A DNA stretch of 64,000 bases from the NCBI RefSeq assembly GCF_006345805.1, contig NC_042998.1, forward strand, positions 33,728,001 through 33,792,000, read 5' to 3'. Numbering within the stretch: the first letter of the stretch is position 1; the number at the start of each line of letters is the position of its first letter. The translations under genes and the position numbers were made by a program. Shown piece after piece: positions 1 to 13,234 of the stretch. The stretch is from Octopus sinensis (taxonomy: Eukaryota). The notes beneath the pieces are model-generated. The model ran no database searches, was not told the DNA's origin, and worked only from the letters and a program-made list of their open reading frames with translations.

Positions 1-114
1 CATCATGTTTGTACCAAATTCCAATTTGAAAATCCCTGCCTTTTGTATCATCGGAATTATATTTGGAAACACAGGTAAACACTTGGACACCTAAATGCAC
101 GCAATCACTCACCA

Positions 115-147
<33 letters not shown>

Positions 148-379
148 GTGTGTGCGTCATTATCTTCTACTACTTTCAGTCATTACGCTGCGGCCATGTT
201 GGGGCACGACCTTGAAAAATTTTAGTCGAACGAATCGACACCAATGTTTATTATATAGACCTCGCTCAGAGATTTAGTATTGCTTATACATACATACATA
301 CATACAATATGTGACCGCGTGTGTACCGTTGGCGATTTTTTCCTCCGTCTTCCCTTCTTTGGATCTTTCCTTTTCCTAT

Positions 380-414
380 GTTTCTGACGAAGAGCTCCGC
401 TTGAAACGGAAAAC
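380..414 (+). ncRNA. Degenerate hammerhead fold, family 1
   Basis: GTTT-CTGACGA-A-GAGC(TCC)GCTT-GAAAC-GGA-AAAC. The cleavage triplet is mutated to GGA, so it is predicted inactive. Confidence 0.45.
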
Positions 415-1626
415 CCTCCTTCATTCCTTCCTTCCTGAGCGTCCAATAATACTATATTTGTTCCACGTCCTCGCGTTGTTGCGTTTTCTCTTTGTGTTTT
501 CATGTTTGGATTAACTTTATATAAATATATATTTGTAAAGCCTAGTACTTATTCTATCGGCCACTTTTGCCGAAATACTAAATTACGGGGATGTAAACAC
601 ACCAACACCGGTTGTCAAGCGGTGACGGGAAGCAAACACAGACACCCTCATACACACACACACACATATATAGTTGAAATATAAAGAAAAACAAAAGACG
701 AAGACAGGTCTATGAACAACAAGTGTTTTAGTTTGATGGGAAAAGTGAAGAAGTCTTTTACATTTCCATTTAAAAAGTGTGTTACATACAAAATTAAGAG
801 GAATGACCACTAAAGTGGACAGCCTATATGCTAAACATAGACGTCAAATCGTCATTCCCACGAAGAATGTGTTCTCAAGAAAAAATCTCAGCATATATAT
901 ATATGGCAGGCTTCTTTCAAATCCACTCACAAAACTTTGGTCGGCCCAAGGCCATAGTAGAAAAAACACTTGCCCACGCGGAGCCATGTGGCTGGGAAGC
1001 GAACCTCTTACCACGCTGCCATGCTTGAACCTGTCTTTTAGTTTACAGGCTTTACTTGTTCCAGTCGTTAGAGTGCGGCCATACTGGGGCACCGCCTTGA
1101 AGAATTTAAGAATATCACAGAATTCACAGAATAAAGCAAATAGCCGTCCCCACGCCCACCGCCTCCTGCCATTTCCTTCATTTTTCTTAGGTGTAAGGAT
1201 TTGTGTGAAAGTAAAAACGAAATGCAGACTGCGTGGGTCCGAATCATCGTCCCACGTACGACTCGCTGAGCTGACTCCTTCGAAACCAAGAATAAACAGA
1301 GGCTACTACACCCCCACCCCCCACCATTACCACCACCACACACACGCACACATTATAAATATATAATACGGTATAATAAATTTACTTAGTACAGAGTGTT
1401 CGAAATAATTCTCTGACAGACAATAACATTTTATTTTAAGTTTATGAATAAAAACATTCTATAAATGTAAATATCAGAGTGGAATAACCTTCACGATAAA
1501 AAAATAATAATAATAATAACATCATTTAAATATAATAAAGATTAAATAGAAAATTTTTTAAGTGTTTAAAAAAGAAAGCGAAAGCTTGAAAATACTAAAT
1601 TAACAGAAAAGGGGCTTTATATAAAC

Positions 1627-1796
1627 TAGTGGTTCTCAACCGTTTTATTTAAATGTGTTTACCCATGGGTGCCCTTTTAATGTGCTTATCCTTATATACA
1701 TTACATCTATATGAAATTTTGAACTTAGTTCACGGACCCCTAGTACTACCTTTGCGGGCCAACAGGGGTCCGTGGACCGCAGGTTGGGAACCAGTG
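1627..1796. mobile_element. hAT (Charlie-like) MITE
   Basis: TIRs TAGTGGTTCTCAACC / GGTTGGGAACCAGTG; 8-bp TSD ATATAAAC/ATATAGAC. Confidence 0.7.
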
Positions 1797-1904
1797 ATAT
1801 AGACCAAAGGTTCTCAACCAGAGCTGATATGACCCTTGGGTGGGTTAGAGGGGTCTATGAAAGATTTTGTTAAAAATTATGCGTAATAATTTGGTTATAT
1901 TTTT

Positions 1905-2106
1905 TTATATTCTTTTACTTGAGTCAGTCATTTGACGGTGGCCATGCTGGAGCACAGCCTTTAGTCGAACAAATCGACTCAGGGATTTATTCTTTGTAAA
2001 CCTAGTACTTATTTTATCGGTCTCTTTTGCCGAACCGCTAGGTTACGGGGACGTAAACACACCAGCATCGGTTGTCAAGCGATGGTGGACACACACACAC
2101 ACATAT

Positions 2107-2138
<32 letters not shown>

Positions 2139-2285
2139 CGACAGTCTTCTTTCAAATCTGCTCACAAGGCTTTACTCGGCTCGAGGCTATAGTAGAAGAC
2201 ACTTGCCCAAGGTGTCAAACAGTGGAATTGAACGCAGAACCATGTGATTGGGAAGCAAGCTTCTTACCACACAGCCACGCCTACA
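1905..2285 (-). mobile_element. SINE family B
   Basis: Head and tail joined by (TA)/(CA) tract. Confidence 0.8.
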
Positions 2286-2330
2286 CATAATATATTTTAA
2301 CGATTTTTTTAAATACAATTCTTAATAATA

Positions 2331-2717
2331 TCTTTATATATAAAAGTGAGGTTGTGTGCTGTCTGTCTCCTACGATTTAGATTCCTAACTACTCCCACAT
2401 TTTGTGGTGCGGTTTAACCAAAACCGGGTATCTTATAGTCGTGATTCATATCGAGCCCTTCTGGGTATTAGCGCGCGTCTACGATTTAAAAAAAAATTAC
2501 CATCAATTCTTCCCATTTTTAATGCATTTTTGGCATATATAAGGGAAGTAACTCTCTAAAAATTTATTAAATCTCAGAAAGTAAAAAGCTACAGTAACAC
2601 CCACCCCACCCCTTTGTGGTTAGCCATATTGAGATGGCTATTATACTTTACATCTCTAAAAATGCTTATATAGTTATTTCCCTTACAAACCCGAGCAACG
2701 CCGGGCGATACTGCTAG
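2331..2717 (+). mobile_element. Non-autonomous Helitron-like element
   Basis: Starts with TC and ends with CTAG between host A and T, with a 3' hairpin CCCG-AGCAACGC-CGGG. An inverted second copy is at 37715-38108. Confidence 0.65.
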
Positions 2718-4213
2718 TTTAATTATAAAAATATAATGGGATTTTTAAAAACATGAAATGGCTGAGAACCACTGATAGAGACAAACAGACGTCAAGAAGA
2801 GTACTCGGGTGCAATGAAGGAACCTAAAGCGTGTATGTGAGACATGTAAACACACATACACACAAATCTTTTACTTTTTACCTTTTTCAGTCTCTAAACT
2901 GTGGCTATAAACTATAATCTTGTTTTCAAATGAGGTAGTTTTGTAAAAATGGATACATTTTGATGATTTTCTTTTAAAGCAGAAATAACATCGAACAATG
3001 AAAAGCAAGGGGGGGGGGTTCTATTTGTGCCTAAACACAACAAAGCATATTACACGCACGCATATATGTGCATGTGTATGTGCGTGGTGCGTGTGAGTAA
3101 ATACACAAGATCCGTACAATTTCATGCAAACTCACAAACAGAAGTATACTCACACAAACATAAATACAAAACACACACACACACACAAGCATACATACAG
3201 TACACACACACACACACTTAAATGTAAGATTTTTATTTTTGATATATACGCAATTTTAGCCTCGCTGTTGAAGGCAAACTTGGGTACAAAAAATAATTCG
3301 AAATCGGCTTGACCAGTTTCAGTTCTTGTTAGTATTTCATCAGAAAGAGAATTCCCGTCTTCTTTCCACGGGAGTTTTAAAGAGTATAGCTTTTTATCGC
3401 GTATATAAACCAAGACTAAAGTTAACTGGTTAGTCTATTTTGCATAGCTGTGCATACGCTGATAACGTGGGAAAAGATTCTATTCAGAGTGCACGAGATA
3501 ATCTTTCGATTTAAGTATGTAAAGTCAATGTTGCGTTTAGTATATAACACTGCTTTTATGGCATTCATATTCAGGGTTAGTCATTGCTTCTCTATGAGAT
3601 TACTTTCTTTCAGCTTCTGGAATTTAGCTAAATGATTTAGCAAATAAGTCATTCAGAATTTCGTGAAAAATATCACGTGATGTATATGAATACTCTCATT
3701 TAAACCATATTCAATACCTCCACGTGATATAAGTTGAAATGTTGGCTGTAATCTCTTTTACACCACCATAAATCGACATTATGGACGTAACCTCTGTAAC
3801 ATATCACACAGACTCCGATCATAATATCAATAGCAATATCCGAAATATTGATTTGGAACTTTTATTCTTTAATCGGTATACATCTTCTTCTATTCATTTT
3901 TGTCGGTTATTTTACATAGATTTACTGAAAGATTACCGAGCACTGCATATTTTTTTTTTTTTTTTTTCTGGTTATAACTTTTAGAAACATGGCCGAGTAA
4001 AGAGAATCCTTTTGGTTACTTTTAACAGCGAGGCTGAAACTACTTGTTGAAAAAAAAAAGTTTATTTTGCATTTTGAACTATGAATTATGAGATAGAACT
4101 TTATACATTTGGTAGCATCTATATTTCTAAAGGAAGAGCTTACTTTCGTTGCTTGTCTGAAACCCATATCTCTGAGCAGCAGTGAAGGAAAAAAACCCTC
4201 TTCGTGTGTGTAT

Positions 4214-4269
<56 letters not shown>

Positions 4270-4849
4270 TATTTATATATTCATACATATATATATACAT
4301 ATACACATATATATATACATACATATACACATATATATATACATACATATACACATAGATATACACATATATATACATACATATACATATATACATGTAT
4401 GCTATGTATGTATGTATGCGTGTGTGTGTATATATATATATGTATGTATGGATGGACGCATGCATGCATATGTATAAATATTTATAACTGTAAATGTGTG
4501 TAAACATACATATTCAAATTAAATGGATTTTTAACAGCCAGTTAAATGATACTGATAAAAAAAATACAACTAAACATTACTTGTAAAGAAAAAGCACCTT
4601 CACACCTAGATTAACATCATCAGTTGATCCATAAGTGCCTTTAATGAAGTTCACTTCGTTACAGGCATTGGGGTCCATATGGTATGGGGTCAAGAAAACT
4701 TCTAACCGGAGTTATCATGAGCCAACGTCGCACCGACCCACTCTATATTTCCCTACTTGAGTAAAACTGAAGTTTAACCAGTTAAGCAATCCGCTTCTCT
4801 AACATCTGTGGCCTCCGATCCAGCAGAGATCCCACACAGGTAATTCTTC

Positions 4850-7290
4850 TCCGAAACATGTCTTTCGACCCTTATCTTTAACTTTTCACTGCTGTCCAGA
4901 TCACGCTCTCTACCCAAACTTCACTTTCAAAGATAGCATCTGCATACACAGATTTTACTTCTCCAGTCACTCACCTTTCTCACCTGGACATCGATATCGA
5001 AAAAAATTCCTGTTATTCTGTCTTTCTCACTCCAAATATATCTGTAATCTTTGCTCACGGCGAATTCTTCGAAGCATCAGTAACTCTTCCGCTATATCTG
5101 TTTTGCATCAATGACTTCCATGCTCGCAACTTTGCCGGGCTCTCACACTTTCTCCATTCTAGTATTGCTGGCGCAGAAATGGAATCTGCTGCAATTTCCA
5201 ACTCATAACTTCAACTCAATCGACACCGTTGCTCTCTAAACGCCAGGGGCCTTAAATATCTTTCACTTATCGTCCGTCCGACCATGTATTCACATATCAC
5301 ATCAGACAACCTCGCTTGTCTGATCACTGAACTTAGCTAACTGGTCGGAGCTTCACTCATTCTACTTTAACTATTCTTGGTAGCACGCGTGCTTCGCCCC
5401 CTTATCCAGCAGAAACAGCTGAGCGGGTGAGTGAAAACAACTTTTGGGGGCCTATCCCACCACATGTTATGTATATCAAAAACTTTCAATTCCAAATTCC
5501 AGCAAGTGGATCACTCACAACGGCAGTTCAAAAAAAAAAAAAAAAACATCACAGCCTTCAGAAAATTCCCCACCCTTAGATACTGGATGACTCTTACCCT
5601 GCGCTATAACTCCTGCACGATCATCATCGGAATTGCAGGAACACCTCTGTACCCTGCACAGGCCACACGTTCTCCCACCCTTCAAACTGCAAACAATCTT
5701 TTTGGCCCCTTGACTGAAAGATCTCTGCCAACTATGTGGATGCATATTGTCCCTTCACTTATCAACCATCATGATACTATGAGCATAATTTCCGCAAAGA
5801 AAACCTCTACATTTGATACCCGCTTTGCACCCAATTTTAAACTGCGCACATTAGTTACTTATTTTTCAAACCAATCCATTTCCACTCTGCCAGGTTCACC
5901 AGCTGGTGCTCATAAGCGCTGGATGTGAAAGCATCTTGTGTCACGTGAAACCAAAAAAGACCAACGACCTGACAAGGCGCCCTCCACTACCATCAAACCA
6001 TGCGTCGCAGAGCTAACCCATTACTTAAGCTCTTCAATCTCCCTCTATTCATCCTCAAATATATATTTTGCTTGTTGGAAACACACTGCACTGTTTCCCA
6101 TTCCCAAGAAGAGCAACTCTGCACTTCCTGCTCCCTTCTCTCATATAGCACTCACTTCAGATATTTCATAGGAAGCAAAAAACTTACTGAATACCTCGAA
6201 TCTCTTTCGCTCCTTAATGACCACCTGCATGGTTTTCATAAAATCAGATCTATTGGGAACCTATTCTACGTCAGCTACCAGTAAGCTCTCACCCTTGTAA
6301 GACAAAGAAATAAGATAAAGCTGTGTTGTATTAGATATCAGAAGAGCTTTCAGCTCTGAAGCTTCTGTCAAAACTACACTTCTATGTCTCTTGTTTCTAG
6401 TGGTTTCCTATCGGACTACTCTCGAACTCCATGAACACTGGTAAGTCCTAGGGTTTGGTTTAATCCTAGACACTCCAAATATATCAACAAGCGACATGCA
6501 GTCGCCTGCAGTAACGCCACAGATGGCAGCTTTCTTCATTCCTTCCTATCCTTGTGTTCATAGGCATCCACATCCACCCGTGACACATCACACCGAATAT
6601 GTACCAGCTACTAAATCAGAGACCCTAAAACATAAAACCATTCCAACCTTAACTCTTTCGAAAGCGAAAGTAAAGTATCGTCTTTGTATCAAGACATTAT
6701 CTCACTTCAATAACGCGAACAGCACGGAACTAAGGTTCTCGCAGTCTTTTCAAATACTCAGCCTGCTTACCAGTGAAGACCTCAGCTGGAAGATACACGT
6801 CTTCAAGATGGCAAATACTGCATATAAAAGACTGACCTTTCTCTTCAGAACCAGAGTATACTTCAGTACATCAGCATCTACAAATTCTTTAAAAGTTTCC
6901 AATGAGACCCACAATGGTACACTGCTTCTACGTTTGGATCTCTGCTCAGCTACATACCATGCCCTGACATTATACACTGTATGGAAGGAAAGCACACTCA
7001 GCTGATTGACATAAACTCATCCACCTTGCAACACATTCCAGCCTTTTACAGAGTTGTCGTCTGCATTTTCTATCACCGCTACTGTAACCGCCGTGCCACG
7101 GAGCTCGTCTCGTATATGTAAAGCTGTGCTTGTCTGTGTCCCACCCTCACACTCCCAACTCAGTTGTCTCCCTTCCTTTCATTGCCATATTGTGTCCACC
7201 GCTGTCCCAGCTCTGCACTAAACGGAATCTCGATCCTGGGAGCTTCTTTTGCTGCAGTCAACTACATGCCACACTCTAAGCGAAACCGTA
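4850..7290 (+). mobile_element. Degenerate CR1/L2-like LINE ORF2 (APE endonuclease + RT)
   Basis: Broken frames keep INDFHARN (GDFN motif), CWKHTALFPIPKKSNS, HIALTSDIS, LLNDHLHGFHKIRSIGNL, LDIRRAF and ILSLLTSEDLSWKIHV…RLTFLFRTRVYFS. Many stops and frameshifts. Confidence 0.8.
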
Positions 7291-7364
7291 ACAACAACAA
7301 CAACCTTGCCAATCACACAGGGTCTGCTAGAAAATATAGGGATAATATAATGATAATAATCCTT

Positions 7365-7561
7365 CCTATCATAGGCACAAAGCCTGAAATTATGAAGGAA
7401 AAGGTTTAATCACTTACATATAGTCCAGTACTCAAATAGTACCTGTGCCATTGACCCCGAAAAGATGAAAGACAAAGTCGACCGCGGCGGAAATTGAACT
7501 CAGAATGTAAAGACGAACGAAATGCCGTAAGACATTTTGTCCTATGTGCTAAGGGTACTGC

Positions 7562-7597
<36 letters not shown>

Positions 7598-7780
7598 CCT
7601 TTCTTGTATAGGCACAAAGCCTGAAGCGTGGTGGGGAGGGGACTAGTCGATTACTTAATTTATCGACCTCGAAAGGATGAAAGGCAAAGTCGACCTCGGT
7701 TGAATTTGAACTCAGAACGTAAAGATGGACAAAATTCGTCTAAACATTTTGCCCGGCGTACTAACGACTGTCAGCTCGAA
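7365..7780 (-). mobile_element. Two family A SINEs, tail T2, embedded in (TAA)n
   Basis: Both 3' ends read …AGG|ATTATTAT on the minus strand. Confidence 0.75.
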
Positions 7781-8168
7781 TAATAATAATAATAATAACA
7801 ATTATAATGATAATGATGATGAAGATGATTCGTCTAAACAATTGGCCCGGCGTACTAACGACTCTGCCAGCTCGAATAATAATAATAATAGATGATGATG
7901 ATGACCGTGATGAAGGTGCTGAAGATAATGACAATGATAATGATGAAATGCTGAAAACTTTTATCCATTTTTTTTCTTTTTCCATTATAAGAACATGGGT
8001 TTTATCAGCGTACACACACACACACACACAAATGGAGCGAAGCACTGGAATTCGGAAATACATATGAGAGAATACCCGATGAAAATCGCCTGCGCGCGGC
8101 AAGCACTCGCATCACACACCACAGTTTCATATACCCCCAACGTGTGTATTAATATTTGTATGTAAAGC

Positions 8169-8201
<33 letters not shown>

Positions 8202-8756
8202 TGTACGAGTGCGGGACGCTTCGAGCCAAAATGGAGACATGCAGGCATAGAAACCTATTCCTTTGCAGACAAGCAGAAACTAGTTTCTGTTCGCGTCTGC
8301 TGTGATCACACTGTAAAACAGATTGCCCAAGTAACCACATATGTTATAGTGACATCTATAGCGTGTGTGCGCGCCTATGAGAGTAAACATGCGCGCATAC
8401 ATACATGTATATATATATATATATAGATATATATCTATATATACTATATGTAGAAAAATACAAACTGGGACAAGAACGTAAGACATTTAGAAGACGATAC
8501 AAAAAACACGGAGGGGACATTCGAAGCCTTCAATCTTCAGTCAAGAACCGGATCATCCTCGCAATTTCGGCTGATTAAATATATATGTATATATATATAT
8601 GTGTGTGTGCAAAATGTGTGTATAGGGGTATAGATGTGTGTCATTAATGTTGTCTGTATCTATGTAGGAATTACTGATATATATATATATATATATATCT
8701 GTGAATATACATACATGTATACACACACATATATTCCCGTCTTTCTTGTTCTCATA

Positions 8757-8787
<31 letters not shown>

Positions 8788-9526
8788 TAACTCCTACTAA
8801 ACATGTGGAGTGCCTCTCTTTTTTTCCCTTGTCAACTCACTCCCATATATATATATATATATATACATACATATATATATATATATACTTGACGTACATG
8901 TATTTAAGGGACTCTTAAGCGACTTCATATACATACATGCATATATATATATATATATATACATACCCATGCACAGCCATTTATATATTTAAATGCATTT
9001 TACATATGTTGCCTATATATATATATATATATATCCGCACATATAATTGATTCATGTGTGTATATCATATTTACTATATTTATGAGTGTGGTTAAACAAC
9101 CATGTTATTGGGTAGATAGTCGGGTGCATGGCACAGCTTGTATAATAAACTTGTTTCAGTATATCTTTCACTATACAACGTAGCGGTGTCTGCTTCAATC
9201 TCATGTTCCAAACTTCTGTAATCTCTTCTTAAGATTCAATCTTTTACACATCCGGAGTAGAGGGATTGTTAAAATCAAAGCATCGGAAACTCTTAATTCA
9301 TATTTAACGAAAAATATTGTTATTTTATCTTAATTTCGACATCACCCCAAAGTAAAATAAAATATAACTTTGTGCATAAAAGACATGATTGTTGATATTA
9401 TTTTTGGTGTTAATGAAAACGTTTGGACTAAAGAGACAACGTAGAGAGAGAGAGAGAGAGAGAGGGAAAGGGAAAAAATAGAAAAGAAACAAACTTTCTG
9501 TTGAATGGAATATTTTTGTCGCCTGC

Positions 9527-9532
9527 TTTATT
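9527..9532 (-). terminator. Possible NRARP polyadenylation signal AATAAA
   Basis: TTTATT on + (AATAAA on -), about 470 nt past the stop codon. AT-rich context makes chance occurrence likely. Confidence 0.25.
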
Positions 9533-9916
9533 GTTATTGTAAAGAAAATAACAGACGACAACTAAGTAAAACAACAAAATATTAGAAATAACAACAACAG
9601 CCATAATATAGCCGTAACAACAACTCACAGCAACATTCATTCATTATAATAGGAATAAGGAAATTTGTACGGCGACGTACCACCACTCACTTGCATCTTT
9701 CTATTTCTTGTCATTACTTGCCCATTCAATCAAACTTTGCTTAATTTACTTACTAACTCTATTTCTTCTTTACAATCCCTCCTTCCTCATTCATTCTCTA
9801 TCACGCGTTTTCTTTTTCTTTTCTTCATGTTCCTTTTAAATTTCCAAATTCTTCAAAAATACACAAACAGCTTTTTCTTCTCCCTACCCACTTTTTTCCC
9901 TCCCCCCAAAAAATGA

Positions 9917-9958
<42 letters not shown>

Positions 9959-10000
9959 ATAATAATAATGTTTGCCTGTCCATGACAAGTTCATGCCAAA

Positions 10001-10339
10001 CTAGTCTCGGCTGTTGACATGGATAAGATAACTCTCTATCTCCTGGTGACCCCCATAAGCTGCTATATGCAATGCACTCCAACCATCGCGGTTTGCAAGG
10101 CGTACATCAGCCCCAAATTTAACTAACAGTTTCACGAGTTCAAGATTACCATTTAAGCAGCTCTGATGCAAAGCTGTCTGACCTTCTGTATCGAATAGAT
10201 TAATGTTCACCTTGCCCTCACGTTTTTCCAGTATCTGCTGCAACACATTTGTATCTCCATTCTTTACAGCCTCTTGAAAGTCTCTCTGATAAGGATACTG
10301 TGGCGTTCCCTGCATCTCGGCACGACTAACAGCATTCAT
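10001..10339 (-). CDS. NRARP: Notch-regulated ankyrin repeat-containing protein (single coding exon, 112 aa)
   Basis: Intact ORF (ATG 10339, TAG 10003-10001). The stretch FQEAV..G.T..LQ..L....NINLFDTEGQTALHQSCLNGNLELVKLLVKFGADVRLANRDGWSALHIAAYGGHQEI closely matches vertebrate NRARP as I recall it (…GQTALHQSVIDGNLELVKLLVKFGADIRLANRDGWSALHIAAFGGHQDI…). Size and two-ankyrin layout also match. Confidence 0.93.
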   Translation of the reverse strand: MNAVSRAEMQGTPQYPYQRDFQEAVKNGDTNVLQQILEKREGKVNINLFDTEGQTALHQSCLNGNLELVKLLVKFGADVRLANRDGWSALHIAAYGGHQEIESYLIHVNSRD

Positions 10340-11348
10340 TGCTAAATTATTTTATGGGTATTTCTTTATCTACTCGAATATATTGAAAATCTGAGGGCGT
10401 TTTATATTGTAAATAAATTATTTTAAAATAAATAAATAAATTTATGAATTTATATTTGTAATATGCATGTATTATTATATAGCGGTTAATTTATATTCAT
10501 ATATATATGCATATCTAAAATATGACAGATTGTTACAAAAATAACTACGATTCTTGATTTAACAAAATGGTAAAAAATCATTCACCAGGTTGTTTTGTCA
10601 ACTCCGTTGTATGTGTTGTTTTCCTTAGGGTAAAACCAGAATGTTAACTTCCAAAGGTAAAAAACATTACTCCAGTAGTTCCTTTCTTCGAAGTGGTATT
10701 TCCTCTCACGTGTCTATTCGTAGCTTCTGAAACATTCCAAGGATTTCCCATAGTTTTCTATTAACATCCAACAAAAAATTCTTGAATCCATTATTTTTTG
10801 TGGGCTTTGAAATTTATTGCTCTTTCGTAGGTAGGTTAGTTCGAAAATAGTGAAGTTTATGAACTCCCAAGCCTCCACAGTTACCTTCAATCTACTACGC
10901 ACGCACAGCCAGTCGGTAACTCCTTACATTAACAAGTAATAATCCTGTGAACGTTTATGGAAATGCAGGGCATATTTTTCACGATATTTTCGAAATATCG
11001 ATGTAGCGCATGAAATTCCCGTTTTTATTTTTTTTTTCGTTTTTTTTTTTTTCGTTTCTTTTTTTTTTATATTTAAATTTTTCTCCGCAGTGTTTTTCTC
11101 CAAGCTATTTTTCGCCTCAAGGGTACATTTAAAAAACAAATTCACTGAGAAAATTGTCACCCGCTTTCGACTCCAACCACTTGCTTGTCAGTGCTTGGCA
11201 GCTATGACAAAATATTTTCAATACACATGAAGCGATTATTTAAATATATATTTTTTTTTATCGTCAAGGGACGTGTGTGAAGTGCTAACGCACGAAACTC
11301 TTCACCCTTGAGTCACTTTGTTGCTTCAGCTAAATATTAATAAAATAT

Positions 11349-11408
<60 letters not shown>

Positions 11409-11927
11409 GATATATACTAATGTATGGATGGATGTATATAAATAACGAAAATTTGTTCAAAAAATAACTTATTTCATATGAAAGATCTTTTTTTTTTTGG
11501 TTTTTTTTTTACGATTTCTTCGTGTCCAACTGGATTTTGTTGTTTTTAATAACCTTTCTTTCGTGTTTTCCTTCGTACGTTGTTGACACTTAAATATTGT
11601 ACGATTTTAGTGATGAAAGTTCAGTGTTTGCATTTATCATCTTCGTCGTCGTCGTCGTCATCATAGTCATGACAGCCAGAACAATCATCACCGTTATCCG
11701 CTCCGGCATCACCACCTCATAGTCATTGTTGATTTTACTTGTGAGCGATGGCGATGGCGACGGTGGCGTTGGTCCTGGTTTAATAATAATAATTTCTGAC
11801 GGAAAACTTTTTTTTATATTTTTCCGTCTTAACTTGTAGAAACGAAGCTGAATTCGAAGTACGACAGTTGTTTCTCGTTTCTTCTGTTCGACTTCGTTGG
11901 ATGTTTGATAAAACCGTTTTCAATCAA

Positions 11928-12012
11928 AACTGACGACATTTCATTTCGGGATATTGCTAAGACTTAAGAAAGAAAAATAGCGAGAGAGAGAGAGAGAGAG
12001 AGAGTGTGAGAA
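11928..12012 (-). promoter_or_regulatory. Candidate NRARP core promoter (Inr-like TCAGTT plus a CSL site)
   Basis: Minus-strand TCAGTT at 11933-11928 lies in CpG-rich non-TE sequence next to a GA/CT tract. The CSL-consensus TGTGAGAA is at 12005-12012. The TSS position is inferred only. Confidence 0.3.
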
Positions 12013-12527
12013 AGGGAGTTAAAGAGAGGGAGAGAGGGGGGCACGAAGGAAAGGGAGGGGGAAGAAGCGAGTGACGGATAGGAAAGAAATTTTGAAAGAG
12101 GGGAAAGAAAAAAAACTATGACGCGAAGACTTGCAGCAGTTAGGAATAGCTGCGACTACTAGCGTATCACGCTAAAAGTAGTGACAACTGAAACTATTTC
12201 AGCTGTTTGGAGTTACTACGATAGCAGCAGCAGTAACAGCAGAGGCAGTAGTAGTAGTAGTAGTAGTAACAGCAGCAGCAGCAGCTGTTGTAGTAGTAGT
12301 AGTAGTAGAAGTAGTTGTTGTCGTTGTAGTAGTTGCAGTGAAACTTGTTGCTTCCTCAGCCGGGTAGTGTTTTTGTCCGGGGATCTGCTGCCGGTACTTC
12401 TTTCGCTGACCGATTAAATCTGAAAAGATTTATAATACAATGTCGAATATTTTATATATACATAGTTTGAAACAAGCCTCTTTCTCGTTTTTTTTTTTTT
12501 TAGCTTTCCTCCCAATAACTCGCTCGT

Positions 12528-12566
<39 letters not shown>

Positions 12567-12696
12567 GCCCTTACTTGAGTGTGTGCGTGTGTGTACGTGC
12601 CTTTTTATGTGTGTGTGTGTGTGTGCATGCCTTTTTATGTGTGTGTACGCCTTTCTATGTGAGTGTGTATGTATGTCTTTTTCTTCCGTTCGTCCC

Positions 12697-12728
<32 letters not shown>

Positions 12729-13053
12729 GTGTATGTGAAAGTAATATATATATATGTGTGTGTGTATGTGAAAGTAATATATGTGTGTGTGTGTGTGAAA
12801 GTAATATATGTGTGTGTGTGTGTGAAAGTAATATATATCTGTGTGTGTGTGTGTGCATGCCTTTTTATGTGTGTGTGTACGCCTTTCTATGTGTATGTAT
12901 GTCTTTTTCTTCCGTTCGTCCCCTCACTATATATATATGTGTGTGAAATTAATATATATCTGTGCGTGTGTTTGAGTGTAGTTTGAAGTTATTCCACATT
13001 ACACCTTGTATTAAATCATTTGTTCAGCTAGTACGTACTTTTTAAATATCTAA

Positions 13054-13092
<39 letters not shown>

Positions 13093-13234
13093 TAAACGCA
13101 GGTTACACATACAAAATGAAGCGGGAGAAATAGAGGGCTTTCTTGACAACGAGAGAGAAAGGGGCGAGTGGGTTATTGGAAGGAAAGAGAAAAGACGAGA
13201 AAGAAACCGTTTCAAAATCTTTATATGTGTAGTC

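Noticed and set aside
8505-8550. Hammerhead-like CTGAAGA…TTCGAATGTC on the minus strand
   Set aside because: GAAU instead of GAAA, and no stem I; at best a decayed relic
12181-12417. Ser/Cys-rich 78-aa ORF divergent from NRARP
   Set aside because: GTG start and mostly AGT/AGC triplet repeat; no coding evidence
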